64,000 nucleotides of DNA from an uncultured virus (IMG/VR IMGVR_UViG_3300037488_003510) (taxonomy: Duplodnaviria; Heunggongvirae; Uroviricota; Caudoviricetes): the IMG/VR virus record IMGVR_UViG_3300037488_003510; one strand, 5' to 3'. Each line of letters starts with the position of its first letter. Within the stretch, counting starts at the first letter, position 1. The notes below the pieces were generated by a model. It did no database searches. It worked only from the letters and a program-made list of their open reading frames with translations, and was not told where the DNA came from. A program made the position numbers and the translations under genes. Positions 10,548 to 21,566 of the stretch are shown piece by piece.

Positions 10548-11131
10548 TGTCGTTTCCGCGAGGGGAGTTCTTCGAGGTACCTCATGAAGCGAGGAAATCT
10601 AAACGCATCCTCATTCAAACCCATCTGATTGAGGCGCGTTACTATCTCGCTGATGTCATAGGCGCCTTTTCGATGAAGTTCATAGATGTCTAGCGAGTCT
10701 TTGGTTTCATCTCGTTCGGCTAGAAACTTCGAGATGATGAGAAGGTCAATGGGGAAGAATGGAGCCTTAACACCATTGTACAATTTTGTCTCAGCCAGTT
10801 CAATGGCACTTTCTTCCGGATCGTCAGTGGAAAACAATAGGTCTATCCGTTCGTCCGGGGAGACATCGCGGCGAGTAACTATCCAATGCGAAGGATGTAG
10901 TTCCTCCAGAAGATATTCATCTCCGAGTTTCTTGTTAAGCGAGCGAAGAACCGCCTTCTGATCGTCGAAGTGGAAGAAGGCATCGACGTCGCTGGTGTAT
11001 CGTCGATATCCATAGACATTGACAGCCAAGCCACCTCCAATGGCCATTTTCACATTAGAGCGAGAGGCAACAGCAACAATCAGTGATAAGAGACCCTCCT
11101 TGGATTCTCCGATGTTTTTGCGTACTTTCAT
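10544..11131 (-). CDS. Nucleotidyltransferase (Pol-beta superfamily, AbiEii-like)
   Basis: GGLAVNVYG..RYTSDVD, RIDLL, LIISK...KDSLD. Confidence 0.75.
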   Translation of the reverse strand: MKVRKNIGESKEGLLSLIVAVASRSNVKMAIGGGLAVNVYGYRRYTSDVDAFFHFDDQKAVLRSLNKKLGDEYLLEELHPSHWIVTRRDVSPDERIDLLFSTDDPEESAIELAETKLYNGVKAPFFPIDLLIISKFLAERDETKDSLDIYELHRKGAYDISEIVTRLNQMGLNEDAFRFPRFMRYLEELPSRKRQ

Positions 11132-11436
11132 GACTTGTCCTTTTCAAGGTAGTCTCGCAACAAGTCTTCGTCTGTAATTGACGGTGTTTCCTGGGTCGCC
11201 TTCAAGTCTCCGGAGTATTCGGTTCTGTAGAATCTCCTCTCCTCTTCCAACTCCAGCTGATGATTGTGACGAATGAGTCCTATGATAAGACCTCCGGACA
11301 GTAGCAATCCGCCGCCAATGAACCAGAGACTGTTTATCGATTGAAACATTGGTCGTTGTTGTGGGAGTTGACTGGTTAGAGACTGACCGCGAGAGTAGTT
11401 TCGAGTGGTATGTCCCAGGAGGAGGTCATAGGCCAT
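11128..11436 (-). CDS. Membrane protein with MAYDLLLG N-terminal tag
   Basis: One hydrophobic helix; shared N-terminal motif. Confidence 0.7.
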   Translation of the reverse strand: MAYDLLLGHTTRNYSRGQSLTSQLPQQRPMFQSINSLWFIGGGLLLSGGLIIGLIRHNHQLELEEERRFYRTEYSGDLKATQETPSITDEDLLRDYLEKDKS

Positions 11437-11713
11437 TAGAAGCGATCTCCGGGAAAGCAGATCTGACGTGGGTCGGCGGGAGGACCGAGTCGGACCCCGT
11501 CAACCCACCACACGTTACCATCGCGTTGTTGGGCGGCATTGCGAGTGTTAGACTCGATGATGCGTATTATAGTGAAACGAAGTTCCGGCGAGTCCGAGTA
11601 CAGTTCAACTCGTTTTTCGGCGCTTTCGAACTTTCGAAACGCTCCACTCATGACAATATCAAAATCTCCAGGTGCTCCGGCGCGGGTTATATAGAATGAC
11701 ATGATTTGCTCTG

Positions 11714-12322
11714 TCACATGCTTTTGAGTTGATTTAGCAGCGTAATGGCAGTGTTTACATCGAGGCGCAAGTGCAAGTCTACTTCGTTCTCATTGACGAC
11801 CTGAGCTTCCGACATGACACTGGCGAGCATCTTGAATGGTGAATGGTAGAAGGACACTGTGGTTTCCCTGGGCTTCAAGGCCACTTTTACCAACCGGGCG
11901 ATCTGCTGAGCGACCGCAGTTGTCTTATCCGCAAACTCATTCCAAGAGCGGTTTGAGGCTAACTCTTTTTCGAGGATGGGTAAGTATTCAGGTAGGAGGC
12001 GACGTTCGATATCGCGGGCAATCTGAGTTCCTGTCTTGTTGCCCGACACGGAGATCTTAGGCCGGCTCGCCGAGGACATTTTCCCCTCATGGTCCTTGGG
12101 GTAGTCGGTTGAGACAGTCAGCAAGTTCTTGTGGCGATCTGAATACACCTGGCTTTCGCCGATAGCGAGAATGGCCTGTGAGTGCTGTTCGCGGAGGTAG
12201 GCGCCGTCGCGGCCCCAGTCGTCTGGGAAGGGCTCCATTTCCCAGTCACCTGACAGGTGCTCGGCGATCTCCTCGATGGTGGCTTTGATAGCCAAGCGTT
12301 TTGCAACGTCCATATGGTTCAC
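11714..12322 (-). CDS. Hypothetical phage protein
   Basis: 202 aa; IARDIERRLLPEY. Confidence 0.65.
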   Translation of the reverse strand: MNHMDVAKRLAIKATIEEIAEHLSGDWEMEPFPDDWGRDGAYLREQHSQAILAIGESQVYSDRHKNLLTVSTDYPKDHEGKMSSASRPKISVSGNKTGTQIARDIERRLLPEYLPILEKELASNRSWNEFADKTTAVAQQIARLVKVALKPRETTVSFYHSPFKMLASVMSEAQVVNENEVDLHLRLDVNTAITLLNQLKSM

Positions 12323-13138
12323 CTTTTCCCAATCAAAAACTCAGCGAAGTCGAGTCCAGTTTTGGTTAGATCCTTCTCGATGAAGTAGGCGCCTGTCGGA
12401 CCTTTCAGTATTCGCCCTGGTGCTTCCTTCTTGCCGGAGAAGAGGGTGGCACCATCGTTCCAGGCAACAGTGTGACCACTGACGACAAGATCGTGGATGA
12501 GGGAGCCTCGCTCACCAACCACACGCGAGATTGAGACTGTCTTGTTTAGAGCAGCTAGCGCCTTGGCCTTTGCCGTAGGCAGACGCAAGGTACCGATGAA
12601 TCCATACCAGCTGTCATGTTCAGCGATCTGTCGAGCAAGTTCGGATCGCTTGGCGTCATATTCGAGTTCTGATTTGTAGTTCTTCTCGTCTCGTTGGATC
12701 TCTTGTTCGATCTCGCTCACTGGAATTACCTGAACGATGCTGGAATTGTTGGTCGATACTCCACATGAGAGTATTCCAGTCTCCGGGCGAGGAGCAATGA
12801 TTTTGATCGTTCGTGGACACCGCGTGGAGTTCCAGGAAAATCCAACATCAAACATGATGCTTATCCTCTCCAGTAGGCACCCCATTGAGCAGGTAGTGAG
12901 TCAACACCCCAGACACGATGCCCAGCACCACGGCTTTGGCCTCCATCTTCATAGGCGGCGCAGGCACCATCCTTCGCATGTGTTCACGCAGCTCCCCGAG
13001 GGTGCCATTGAGATTGGCGCCATTGGCGAGGTCGTGAGCGGCGGCGAGCTGGCAGAGGGTAGCCTTGCCTTCGCGGGCGTGGTCTAAGGTGGTTTTGACG
13101 AGGGCCACTTGCTCGGGGGTGAGAGATTTCATGGCGAT

Positions 13139-13798
13139 CTACCTTGATGGCCGGTGTTTTGTTCCAGCCTTGTGCTTTTCCCGAAGGTGGGAGCGCCATG
13201 CTTTTTGAGCAACCGCAGCGAGATCGGAATATCGCCCAGTATCCGGTTCGGCATGAGGGAGGTTCTCGCTGTAGACTCTTTCCATCGATTTCATCCCGTA
13301 GACTCTCAAGTATGAATCCAAGATGCTAATGAGGTTGAGACCTCCTCCGATATCATTAGCGTTCAAGGAGGGGTCCCAGGCCACGAGACCGACTCCGTCA
13401 GTTGCTCGTTGCCAGGCGCGCTCAACGGCATTTCGATTGACCGAGATGTTGAGGGCAGCTTTCTTCTCGTTGATTTCAATGTCGAATGGAACATTGGCAA
13501 ACTCCAAGGCGTAAGAGGTTGCCCGTTCGATTGCACCTAGATTCATTTGTAGCAGATGACGTTCTGCCGACTCTCTGATTTTGTCGTGGACAGGTTCCCA
13601 AACGGAACCTTCGATCTCAGATTCTTTCACTTCGTCTAGGTCAAAGGTGTTTGGTATCCACTGAGCCAGAAAGTTTTGAGCAGAATCGCTGATGTATCCG
13701 AAGAGTTCTGGGTACTCACCGTCCGAGGTCAGATCTTTCACCCAGTCGATCTCAAACACCGGCACATTGCGAAAGGTCTTCATATTAGATCGTGACAT
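13139..13798 (-). CDS. Hypothetical protein
   Basis: 219 aa, AAGGAG SD. Confidence 0.65.
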   Translation of the reverse strand: MSRSNMKTFRNVPVFEIDWVKDLTSDGEYPELFGYISDSAQNFLAQWIPNTFDLDEVKESEIEGSVWEPVHDKIRESAERHLLQMNLGAIERATSYALEFANVPFDIEINEKKAALNISVNRNAVERAWQRATDGVGLVAWDPSLNANDIGGGLNLISILDSYLRVYGMKSMERVYSENLPHAEPDTGRYSDLAAVAQKAWRSHLREKHKAGTKHRPSR

Positions 13799-14071
13799 TG
13801 GTTACTCCTTATTGAGCGCGATTGTCTAGGTACAGTAAGAATGACTGAAGGCCGGAAGAGTTCGGTTCAATCATGGAAAGGTAGTTGCAGATGTACGCCA
13901 CGAGAGCAGCGCTCTGCCTTATCGATAGGGAGTATACCAAGGCAGCCACATCCGAGATGTTGCCATCGAGGACTGAATCGGCGGCTTGCTGGGCAACGAG
14001 TACGATGTTGTCGAGTTTCTTCTTTGGCACCGTCATCTTTCGTGGCATTTCAGATCTCCTCGGCTCGGTGG

Positions 14072-14563
14072 TTATTCTTCGTAATCATCAACGTCCGCAT
14101 CAGCGTACATGCTGTGTAAATCTCGAATCGCCTCGCTCAAGGTAGCATGCCAGGAGGGTTCCGTAGCATCCATGTAGCCAGGCATGGACAGGCGGGCCAT
14201 CCAGCCACCGGAGCTGAGGTCTATGCTATACAGTTCGGCTTTTGAACCGAATTCGAGATATGGATCTAAGATGCTGTAGATCTTGTCCTGGAGTTTCTTC
14301 CTCGTCTTTGACTTAGGAGTCGAGGCGAAGTGCTTCTTGCTCAGCTGTCCGAGTTCCTTCAAACCACTTTCCGAAAGTAGAGCACCATCGATGGTTTGGC
14401 CTCCGTAGCTGGTGTCGATTTTAACGGAAGTTGCCACTGGCCAGATCTCAGGTGGCATGGACTTATTTGAAGCGGCGATCTCTTCGAACATCCTCTCAAG
14501 TTCGTCGACCTCAGCCGGCCCAAGTCCTTCTTTTCTAGCGATGGCGCTTGTGATGTTACCCAT
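14072..14563 (-). CDS. Hypothetical phage protein
   Basis: GWMARLSMPGYMDAT motif; SD. Confidence 0.65.
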   Translation of the reverse strand: MGNITSAIARKEGLGPAEVDELERMFEEIAASNKSMPPEIWPVATSVKIDTSYGGQTIDGALLSESGLKELGQLSKKHFASTPKSKTRKKLQDKIYSILDPYLEFGSKAELYSIDLSSGGWMARLSMPGYMDATEPSWHATLSEAIRDLHSMYADADVDDYEE

Positions 14564-15009
14564 GATGTGAACTCCTTTTTTGTAATTGGCAGACGACTAG
14601 CGATCTTCTGTGTCGTAGGCGTGCAGTACATCTTCGATGTGGCTATCGAGCGTCGCCTTCTGCTTCGCAGTGAGCTTTTTCCAGGCATCGACTGCCATCC
14701 GTCGCGGGCAGTGCCACTCGAACACCGCGATGAGCTGGCTAAGGATAGCAGGCCGGTTCATGCGAGGGGTGAGATTTCTGGCCATCATCATCTCACCGGA
14801 GCCGTAGTTGCCCGCGAGGAGCCAGTCGATGCGCTCGGCAACGACTTCCGGCCGCTTTTTCATGACCTCCAGGAAGTCGGCTTGTCCTGCCTTCCGTTCG
14901 GCCAGAGGAGACGTGTCCACCTCTTGTTCGTGGCGACGAGCACTGGCAAGTTCTTTGTAATCGTAAGGGGACTGTGGGGTGCGGCTAAGCATGGTGGTTC
15001 TCCAGGTGG

Positions 15010-15834
15010 TTAGTTGTGGCGGAAGTACACGAAGCCTGAGGGCGAGGTCTCGTAGTTGCCATCGTAGGTTGACATGAAGTGGGCAGCGCCGTCGGTGGAA
15101 ACAGCTTCGTCGGCGGCCGACTTGTAGTCGATGCCACCGAACTCGATGGCTTTTGCTGTGGCATCGGAGCCGAAGATGTCTTCGAGGTAGCCTAGTGGAT
15201 CTCGGAGTCTGTCGTTTGTCATTTGCTCGGCAATAGACTCGACGTCCGATGACGGGACGGTTGGTTCCTCGCCGAGGATGTCCCACTGTTCTTCAGGGAT
15301 TTCCTTGTGGAGATTTGAGAGGATGGTTGATGCTTGAATTTCCTCGTCTTCCATAGCATCAGCGTATTCCTTGAGCAGTTTTTCTGGGGGAGAAGGACAA
15401 TCGAGACCGTGCTCCTTGATGAACGCCAGTGGTTTCTGCTCAGCTTCATCATTGAGACTGTCATAGTTGCTGTCATAGATGCCGTCGTACAGTTCGTGCT
15501 TCAAACGCTCCATGTTGATGTGACCAGAGAGAAAGTCCTTGTTGAACATCTCAGGTTCGTTCTGTAGGTCATTTTCGACGCCAAGTCTGGCGGCAGTTTC
15601 GAACTCGTCTTCGTTCTCCATGACGATCCACTCTTGGCGACCACCTTGAGTAGAGATGGTGTAGGCGTCACCATAGCCGTTGGGGGCTGAGCCGTTCTTA
15701 ATGCTCAGATCATCCGGTTCGATGTCTAGTCGCTTGGCGATCTCCCGCAACACGGCATTCTCATCACTGAAGGAGACTTTGTGAGGTGCCTTGGGAGGAG
15801 CGATCTTCTTGCGAGGTGTTTTCTTAGTAGCCAT
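15010..15834 (-). CDS. Acidic hypothetical phage protein
   Basis: 274 aa; DGAAHFMSTYDG C-terminal motif. Confidence 0.7.
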   Translation of the reverse strand: MATKKTPRKKIAPPKAPHKVSFSDENAVLREIAKRLDIEPDDLSIKNGSAPNGYGDAYTISTQGGRQEWIVMENEDEFETAARLGVENDLQNEPEMFNKDFLSGHINMERLKHELYDGIYDSNYDSLNDEAEQKPLAFIKEHGLDCPSPPEKLLKEYADAMEDEEIQASTILSNLHKEIPEEQWDILGEEPTVPSSDVESIAEQMTNDRLRDPLGYLEDIFGSDATAKAIEFGGIDYKSAADEAVSTDGAAHFMSTYDGNYETSPSGFVYFRHN

Positions 15835-17010
15835 GACATTTCCTTTTTTCAGTGAGGTCCTACAGTTGGTCTAGCGAATCTTTGGTGGCGCCTCGGGCCT
15901 CCGCGAACATGCAGAGGAGTTTCCAGTCTCTTTCTGGTACCCAGCCTACCTTATCGCAGCGGACATTGGTTAAGTCACAGGCGAGACTGTTGTTGCCTAG
16001 ATAGGCAAGTCCAGCTTGTTCGTCTATGGTTAAGGTTTTCAGGAAGTCAGAATCGACTAAAATACCACCTGCCAAGTCGGAATCTACAAGCACGTCCAGT
16101 GCAACCTGCATGTTGGAAGCCCAGACCGCGCCCAGGGGGCTAGCCTCGCTTGAGATCACCCACAGGTGGGTGGTGGGGGCGTGGGCGTCACCTGGAAGCT
16201 GGACGTCGTTGCATAGGACGCGATCTAGGTCGACTTTCACGTCTCCATATTCGACTGGCAAGGCGATCTTCTTCATGGGCGACTCTCATTGTCGACATGT
16301 TCAATGCGGCCGTCAGCAAAGACTTTTTTCAAGGGGGAGATTTTACATAGTCCGCGACTGGCTGTATATACCCCATTAGAATTCAAGTGACCCGGCCAAA
16401 TCACAGCCATGAACGGTATCTCATAATCAGATGGGGGGCTAATCGGATTCATCACTGTTATGGTTTCTCGGAGCACATTGTTCAAATGGCCCCAATGGTG
16501 ATGTGGATTGAAAAGGTAGGAAAAGTTGGCCTCCACACCGTTTTCATCGTGGTAGCTTACTGTGAACCACTGTTTCTTTGGTTTGTTAGAGTGAGATTTT
16601 CGTTTCATCGCATACCTTGACCACTTCCTCCGCAGAGGGGACATCGCAGTTTCATACGGTCCACATAGACCGAACCGCTTCCAAAGCAACGGTGACACTT
16701 GCTCCAATCGCGTGCTTGAGGAGTGTTTTGAGACTCTTCTAAGATCTGCATGGCTCGGTCTAAGGGAACTTGTTTTCGGGAAGATCTCTCTTCCCTTTGA
16801 ATCAGTCGAACGCCTCGCGAGCATTCTGTTTTGGTCCCAGTGGCAATGACCACATGTTGCTTTAGAGGGGGATACGTCTCATCTACTTGTCTTGCGTACA
16901 GAGGGTTGAAGGCGTAAATTGGAGCTGCAACGTAGTCGTCACCAGGCCCCTGGGCTATGGCCCAAGGGAAACGAGGATTATCAGTGTACAGCCATGTCGC
17001 GGACATCAAC

Positions 17011-17496
17011 TTAGCTCCAGCGCTCTCCGAGTTCCGGCTCATTGATTTTGAGTGGGTACGAATCGAAGTTTTCGAGTCCGTGGTAGCCAGCAACATCAAT
17101 GTAAGCAGAGGCCCTGACGGCAGGATCTTCCGAGGTGAAGAGTTCCGCCAGTTCCAAGGCCGAGGTGCCACAAAAGCTTGCCACATCCTCCAAATCGCGA
17201 GCAAACCATTCCTCGTACTGAGATGGAGCATGAGTCCACGAGGGCTGATATCCTTCAGGCACAAGATATGTCTTGTGGCGATCTTCCGGGTCGGTCACGA
17301 ACTTGAATTTCTCAATGTCAAAGCGAAAGAGAAGGAATGTGTGTAGTTCGTAACCCTCCTTATCATCGTAGGTTCCCACCTCCCTAGCTACTTCAAGCGT
17401 TGGTTCGGTTCCATCTTTCTTGATTCGCAACCATTCCGTATCGGTTTGATAGATGGTCTTCCATTCGTCTTTCCAGCTTGGTTTCTTTGGCGACAT
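17011..17496 (-). CDS. Hypothetical protein
   Basis: 161-aa ORF in operon. Confidence 0.6.
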   Translation of the reverse strand: MSPKKPSWKDEWKTIYQTDTEWLRIKKDGTEPTLEVAREVGTYDDKEGYELHTFLLFRFDIEKFKFVTDPEDRHKTYLVPEGYQPSWTHAPSQYEEWFARDLEDVASFCGTSALELAELFTSEDPAVRASAYIDVAGYHGLENFDSYPLKINEPELGERWS

Positions 17497-17499
17497 GAT

Positions 17500-17991
17500 T
17501 CAATTCTCCATTTCAATTTGCCCATTGACTGATAGTCGAACAATCGGAAGGGGACCCGGATCTCGAAGAGCACCTGATTGAGTTAATCGTCCTCTCCATA
17601 CAACAGCAGAACGAGCGTCACGGATGTATTCGCCGGCTATGCCGCCCCTCAAGACACTTCGGATCTCGGAGTATAGATCATTCAACCAGCCGTGGTAGTG
17701 AATCACGAGGTCTCGGAATGGTTCACAAACCGGCTCGCCCTCTTGGTCCAAATAGCAGACCGTGTACCACTGCTTGGGATTTCTGGTTTTGCCATCATTC
17801 TCAGATTCCGCGATAAGACGATTTCGCTGATCGCACTCTTTCTGAGCGGCTTGCTTTCCTGCATGGCGAGTTCTCGGATCGGCAGCTCTTGAAACGGTGT
17901 CAAAACAGTACCAACCGGACATGGGCTTCCAGCCACGGACCTTTCGGTCCTGCTTGAGCTTGACGGGTACCCATTTTGGTTGCTTTTTCAC
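17500..17991 (-). CDS. Two-module fusion protein
   Basis: N-half like 5131..5373; C-half like the KQWFTVSY protein within 16273..16824. Confidence 0.65.
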   Translation of the reverse strand: MKKQPKWVPVKLKQDRKVRGWKPMSGWYCFDTVSRAADPRTRHAGKQAAQKECDQRNRLIAESENDGKTRNPKQWYTVCYLDQEGEPVCEPFRDLVIHYHGWLNDLYSEIRSVLRGGIAGEYIRDARSAVVWRGRLTQSGALRDPGPLPIVRLSVNGQIEMEN

Positions 17992-18030
17992 GGCGGATTT
18001 TTTCTCTTCTATCCTACCCAGAACAAGGTG

Positions 18031-18603
18031 TCAAGTTCTCTTCCGAAGCATGGCGGTTGCGCCCATCTTCGGCAGCATTTTCAACCCGACAAGTCCGAGG
18101 CTGAGACCCATCAGAAAGCCCCAGGGGAACGCAGGGGGCTTCACCTTGGCTGGTGCAGGCACGGTCATCGCGGTGGAGGAGGGAAGCGGCGCCACGGGGG
18201 TCTTGAGGGGTATGGCCGCGAGCTGGGCGAAGACGGCGAGGCGTTCGGTGAAGCGTTTGTTGGCCTCGCGGAAGTTCAAGATGGCCACGTAGTCTGAGCC
18301 GACGAACTTGCCTTTCTTCGATTCGTTGAAGGCGAGCCATTTTTTGAAGAAGGCGCCGAAGGCTTTGCGGTCGACCTCAGGAAGCCGTTTGTCATTAGTG
18401 AGCCTGATGGCCTCTCGTGTGTTCTTGTCGATCTCATCCCGAGCGGCCTTGCCAAGAGCAACGCTGTCCTTGGTCAGATATTCGCGAGCGTTTTGATCGA
18501 AGGACGAGGTGCCAGGATCTAAGGCATAGCTACTACCACACATACTGGAGTTGCCAATGCTCCAGTCGCGAGAGGTTTGTCCGAGAATGAGATCGTATGC
18601 CAT
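18031..18603 (-). CDS. C-terminally anchored protein with MAYDLILG tag
   Basis: Shared N-terminal motif; C-terminal hydrophobic helix. Confidence 0.7.
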   Translation of the reverse strand: MAYDLILGQTSRDWSIGNSSMCGSSYALDPGTSSFDQNAREYLTKDSVALGKAARDEIDKNTREAIRLTNDKRLPEVDRKAFGAFFKKWLAFNESKKGKFVGSDYVAILNFREANKRFTERLAVFAQLAAIPLKTPVAPLPSSTAMTVPAPAKVKPPAFPWGFLMGLSLGLVGLKMLPKMGATAMLRKRT

Positions 18604-19337
18604 TTGTTATCCTTTGACGTGAAAGTCGCATGGTGCTTCACCGGGAAGAGGGTTCAAGGGGACATCCACGGTGAGGCTGCAACCAATGTCGTACTTCTTG
18701 AGATCTAGTCCGAGACCAGTGATCTTCATTGTTCGACCAAGCCATTCCGGAGGTCCGATATGTTCAGCTAGAATTGGTTTGAGAACATGACGGATGTATG
18801 ATCTGTCATTTGACTTCCAGACAACCTTTCGAACTTCGGTCCATTCAACGAGTTCTTTCTTGCCGTTTTTCATGGTCATAGTGAGAGTTGCCATTGCCAG
18901 CGGGTGACCTGATACCAGAGATTGAACAGGTTCAGGCTTTTTTACAGTGAGCATGTCGGCATCTCGTGCAATCTACTTGTCGTAGGACTTCAGGCCGAGA
19001 GAGCCGATTTTGAGCTTCGGGGAAATCTCGCGACACTCAATGTAGACATCATAGTCGGCTAGCCAGTTGCCCTCTTCATCAGCATCTCCATTACCATCTT
19101 CAACGCGATTGACAGAGAATCTGCCATCATCATCTGGCCAATAGAAGAAGTCATGCACTTTCATATCTAGACCAAAATGATCGGTGACGAAATTGAACAG
19201 ATCTGAGCGAGTCGGCTTGGCGTTTGAGATGACAGTCTTTTGCCACTCATCAACAAATCTGGGGCTTCCGGTGGCCCCATTTTCACTGTCCCAACTATCG
19301 ACAGTTTTTTCACACCTGAAAGAAATTTCGTACTTTT

Positions 19338-20351
19338 TCATCTCATGTCTCCTTGGTAAGCATCCGGCACAGCAACCGTGATTGTTTTTGGACGATTGAA
19401 AACCCATTTTACACCGAGGTATCCAGCGCCAGCACAAACCAGCAACCAGATCAAATTGCTACCCTTCGACACAGTCTTGCCAGGCTCATCGTAAGCCTCA
19501 GCGCGAGCTGTCTTCTTGGTCTCGACTACGCCATAGAGCCCAGCAGCTTCAATCCAAATCCGAGTAAGTCTGCGCAGGAATTCGTCGTAAACAGGATCGC
19601 CTGGACCGTAAGAGGCATCGGAATCGAGCGAGCGTGAATAGATAGAAGCCATACTTCGAGCTTCCGAAATAGCAGTTTTGAGAGCTTTGATGCTATTTTC
19701 TTCTGCTTCTTTCGCATCAGAGGGGAAAAGTGCTGAGGTAGCTATGGAAATAGGCGAGGTGGCAACCAATACTCGCCAGCCCCACCAAGGCATGTTTTCA
19801 TCCAGTAGTTTTTCACCACAGACAAGCCCAGCCTCAAGCTTGGCATGCATCTGCTTGACGCTCATCTTTTTGGGCATGGAGCGAAGTAGCGCAACCAACT
19901 CACCCATGTACGGAACTGGAATAATAGTCATGCCTTTTCCGACAAAGCGATCATGTAGCCGTCTAGACTCATTGAGAAACGAAGCAAACGTCTGCTTGTT
20001 CTCCGAACTCATCTGCCGGAAGACTCCCAATGCGCCATTGAGCTTGTCGGCAAAGGGAAGCCACGAAGTCATGAAGTTCGTCCAGGCGGTTTCGTCTTCC
20101 TTTGATAAGACTTTGTCGCCGTGGATTTTCCGAGCGTACTTGACACTGTCGTCGATGGTCTTCATCCATCGATTAGCAGCATCAATTTCAGTGAACTTGA
20201 TTTCGAGCACATCGAAGCCGCTGCTCGATCTCGGGGGATTTTTTTCCCACATGTCGCCCACGGCGATCCACTCGATGGAGCCCCTGGGAGGAGGCGCACC
20301 TCGGCCGTAGTTTCTGCCCTTCTGACTCCAGCTACGCAGATCGAAAGCCAT
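19338..20351 (-). CDS. C-terminally anchored helical protein with variant tag MAFDL...RNYGRG
   Basis: 337 aa; TM LIWLLVCAGAGYLGV. Confidence 0.7.
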   Translation of the reverse strand: MAFDLRSWSQKGRNYGRGAPPPRGSIEWIAVGDMWEKNPPRSSSGFDVLEIKFTEIDAANRWMKTIDDSVKYARKIHGDKVLSKEDETAWTNFMTSWLPFADKLNGALGVFRQMSSENKQTFASFLNESRRLHDRFVGKGMTIIPVPYMGELVALLRSMPKKMSVKQMHAKLEAGLVCGEKLLDENMPWWGWRVLVATSPISIATSALFPSDAKEAEENSIKALKTAISEARSMASIYSRSLDSDASYGPGDPVYDEFLRRLTRIWIEAAGLYGVVETKKTARAEAYDEPGKTVSKGSNLIWLLVCAGAGYLGVKWVFNRPKTITVAVPDAYQGDMR

Positions 20352-20611
20352 TACTCAGCCTCAGTGTCGATGCCGCGCCTACGAATATACGATCCTGCTT
20401 CGCTGACTTCTTGCACATGGATGTAAAGAGGGTTTTTGCCGACTGTCCAGGTTAGGCGTTTGAGCGGAACAGGAAGATCATCGTAATTGCCTTTGTCGGT
20501 ATACACAGCGACTACTTTTTCATCTTCATCTATTTGCACCATGAATTCAGCGAAGTCTTTGTATTTACCGTGACCGATGAGAAGTTGGATAGTGTGTTCA
20601 TCGTAAGCCAT
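20351..20611 (-). CDS. Triplicated small protein, copy 1
   Basis: MAYDEHTIQLLIG...AEFMV...NYDDLP.PLKRL.W. Confidence 0.8.
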   Translation of the reverse strand: MAYDEHTIQLLIGHGKYKDFAEFMVQIDEDEKVVAVYTDKGNYDDLPVPLKRLTWTVGKNPLYIHVQEVSEAGSYIRRRGIDTEAE

Positions 20612-20705
20612 AGATCACCTTCCTTTTGAGGTTCGATAGATGCTGACAAGGCCCAGAAACGCGAGTTTCGGCCCTTCTGACTCCAACTACGCAAATCGAA
20701 AGCCA

Positions 20706-20966
20706 TTACTCAGCCTCGGTGTCGATGCCGTGTATTCGGAGGTACGATCCTGCTTCTTTAGCTTCTCGAACGTGGATGAAAATAGGATGTTGTCCTAATG
20801 ACCAGTGTAGTCGTTTGAGAGGAGGGGGAAAATCGTCATAATGGTCTCTGTCAGTATACACATGGATCACTTCTCCATCCTCTTCTGTTTGCACCATGAA
20901 TTCAGCGTGGTATTTGTGTTTACCACGACCAACGAGAAGTTGGATAGTATGTTCATCGTAAACCAT
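20706..20966 (-). CDS. Triplicated small protein, copy 2
   Basis: Same motifs. Confidence 0.8.
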   Translation of the reverse strand: MVYDEHTIQLLVGRGKHKYHAEFMVQTEEDGEVIHVYTDRDHYDDFPPPLKRLHWSLGQHPIFIHVREAKEAGSYLRIHGIDTEAE

Positions 20967-21056
20967 AGTTCACCTTCCCTTTGAGGTTCGATAGATGCTA
21001 GCGAGTCCTAGAAACGCGAGAGCCGCCGACAGTGATAGAGTGCAGATCGAAAGCCA

Positions 21057-21323
21057 TTACTCAGTCCCAGTGTTAAAGGCATGCTTCCGAAGGTATTTCC
21101 ATGCTTTGTCAGGCTCGAATGTATGGATGAATTGGGTATGTGAAGTAGAGGAAGCACTCCAATCTAATCTCTTCAATGGAGGAGGAAGATCGTCGTAATT
21201 ATCTCGATAGGTGTGCACATCCTCTGCGACACCATCTTCATTTATCGACACCATAAATTCAGCAACTGTTCGAAACTTTCCCTTTCCAACCAAAAGCTGA
21301 ATGGCATGCTCATCGTAAGCCAT
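21057..21323 (-). CDS. Triplicated small protein, copy 3
   Basis: Same motifs. Confidence 0.8.
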   Translation of the reverse strand: MAYDEHAIQLLVGKGKFRTVAEFMVSINEDGVAEDVHTYRDNYDDLPPPLKRLDWSASSTSHTQFIHTFEPDKAWKYLRKHAFNTGTE

Positions 21324-21326
21324 AGT

Positions 21327-21566
21327 TCACCTTCCCTTTGAGGTTCGATAGATGCTAGCGAGTCCTAGAAACGCGAGAGCCGCCGACAGCGATAGAGTGC
21401 TAATTTTCACGATGTTGCCAATCTTGCGGACATCGTACCGGACATCATCCACCTTGGCACGCAGGCGTTTCTCTTGGCTGTCGGGCAAGAACAGCGAACC
21501 TACAGCATCGCTGTTCGCTCTCCCCCAGTTTCGCCTTGTGTTGCCTAAGATGAGATCTAACGCCAC
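21327..21566 (-). CDS. Small membrane protein with MALDLILG tag
   Basis: Tag plus C-terminal TM. Confidence 0.7.
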   Translation of the reverse strand: MALDLILGNTRRNWGRANSDAVGSLFLPDSQEKRLRAKVDDVRYDVRKIGNIVKISTLSLSAALAFLGLASIYRTSKGR

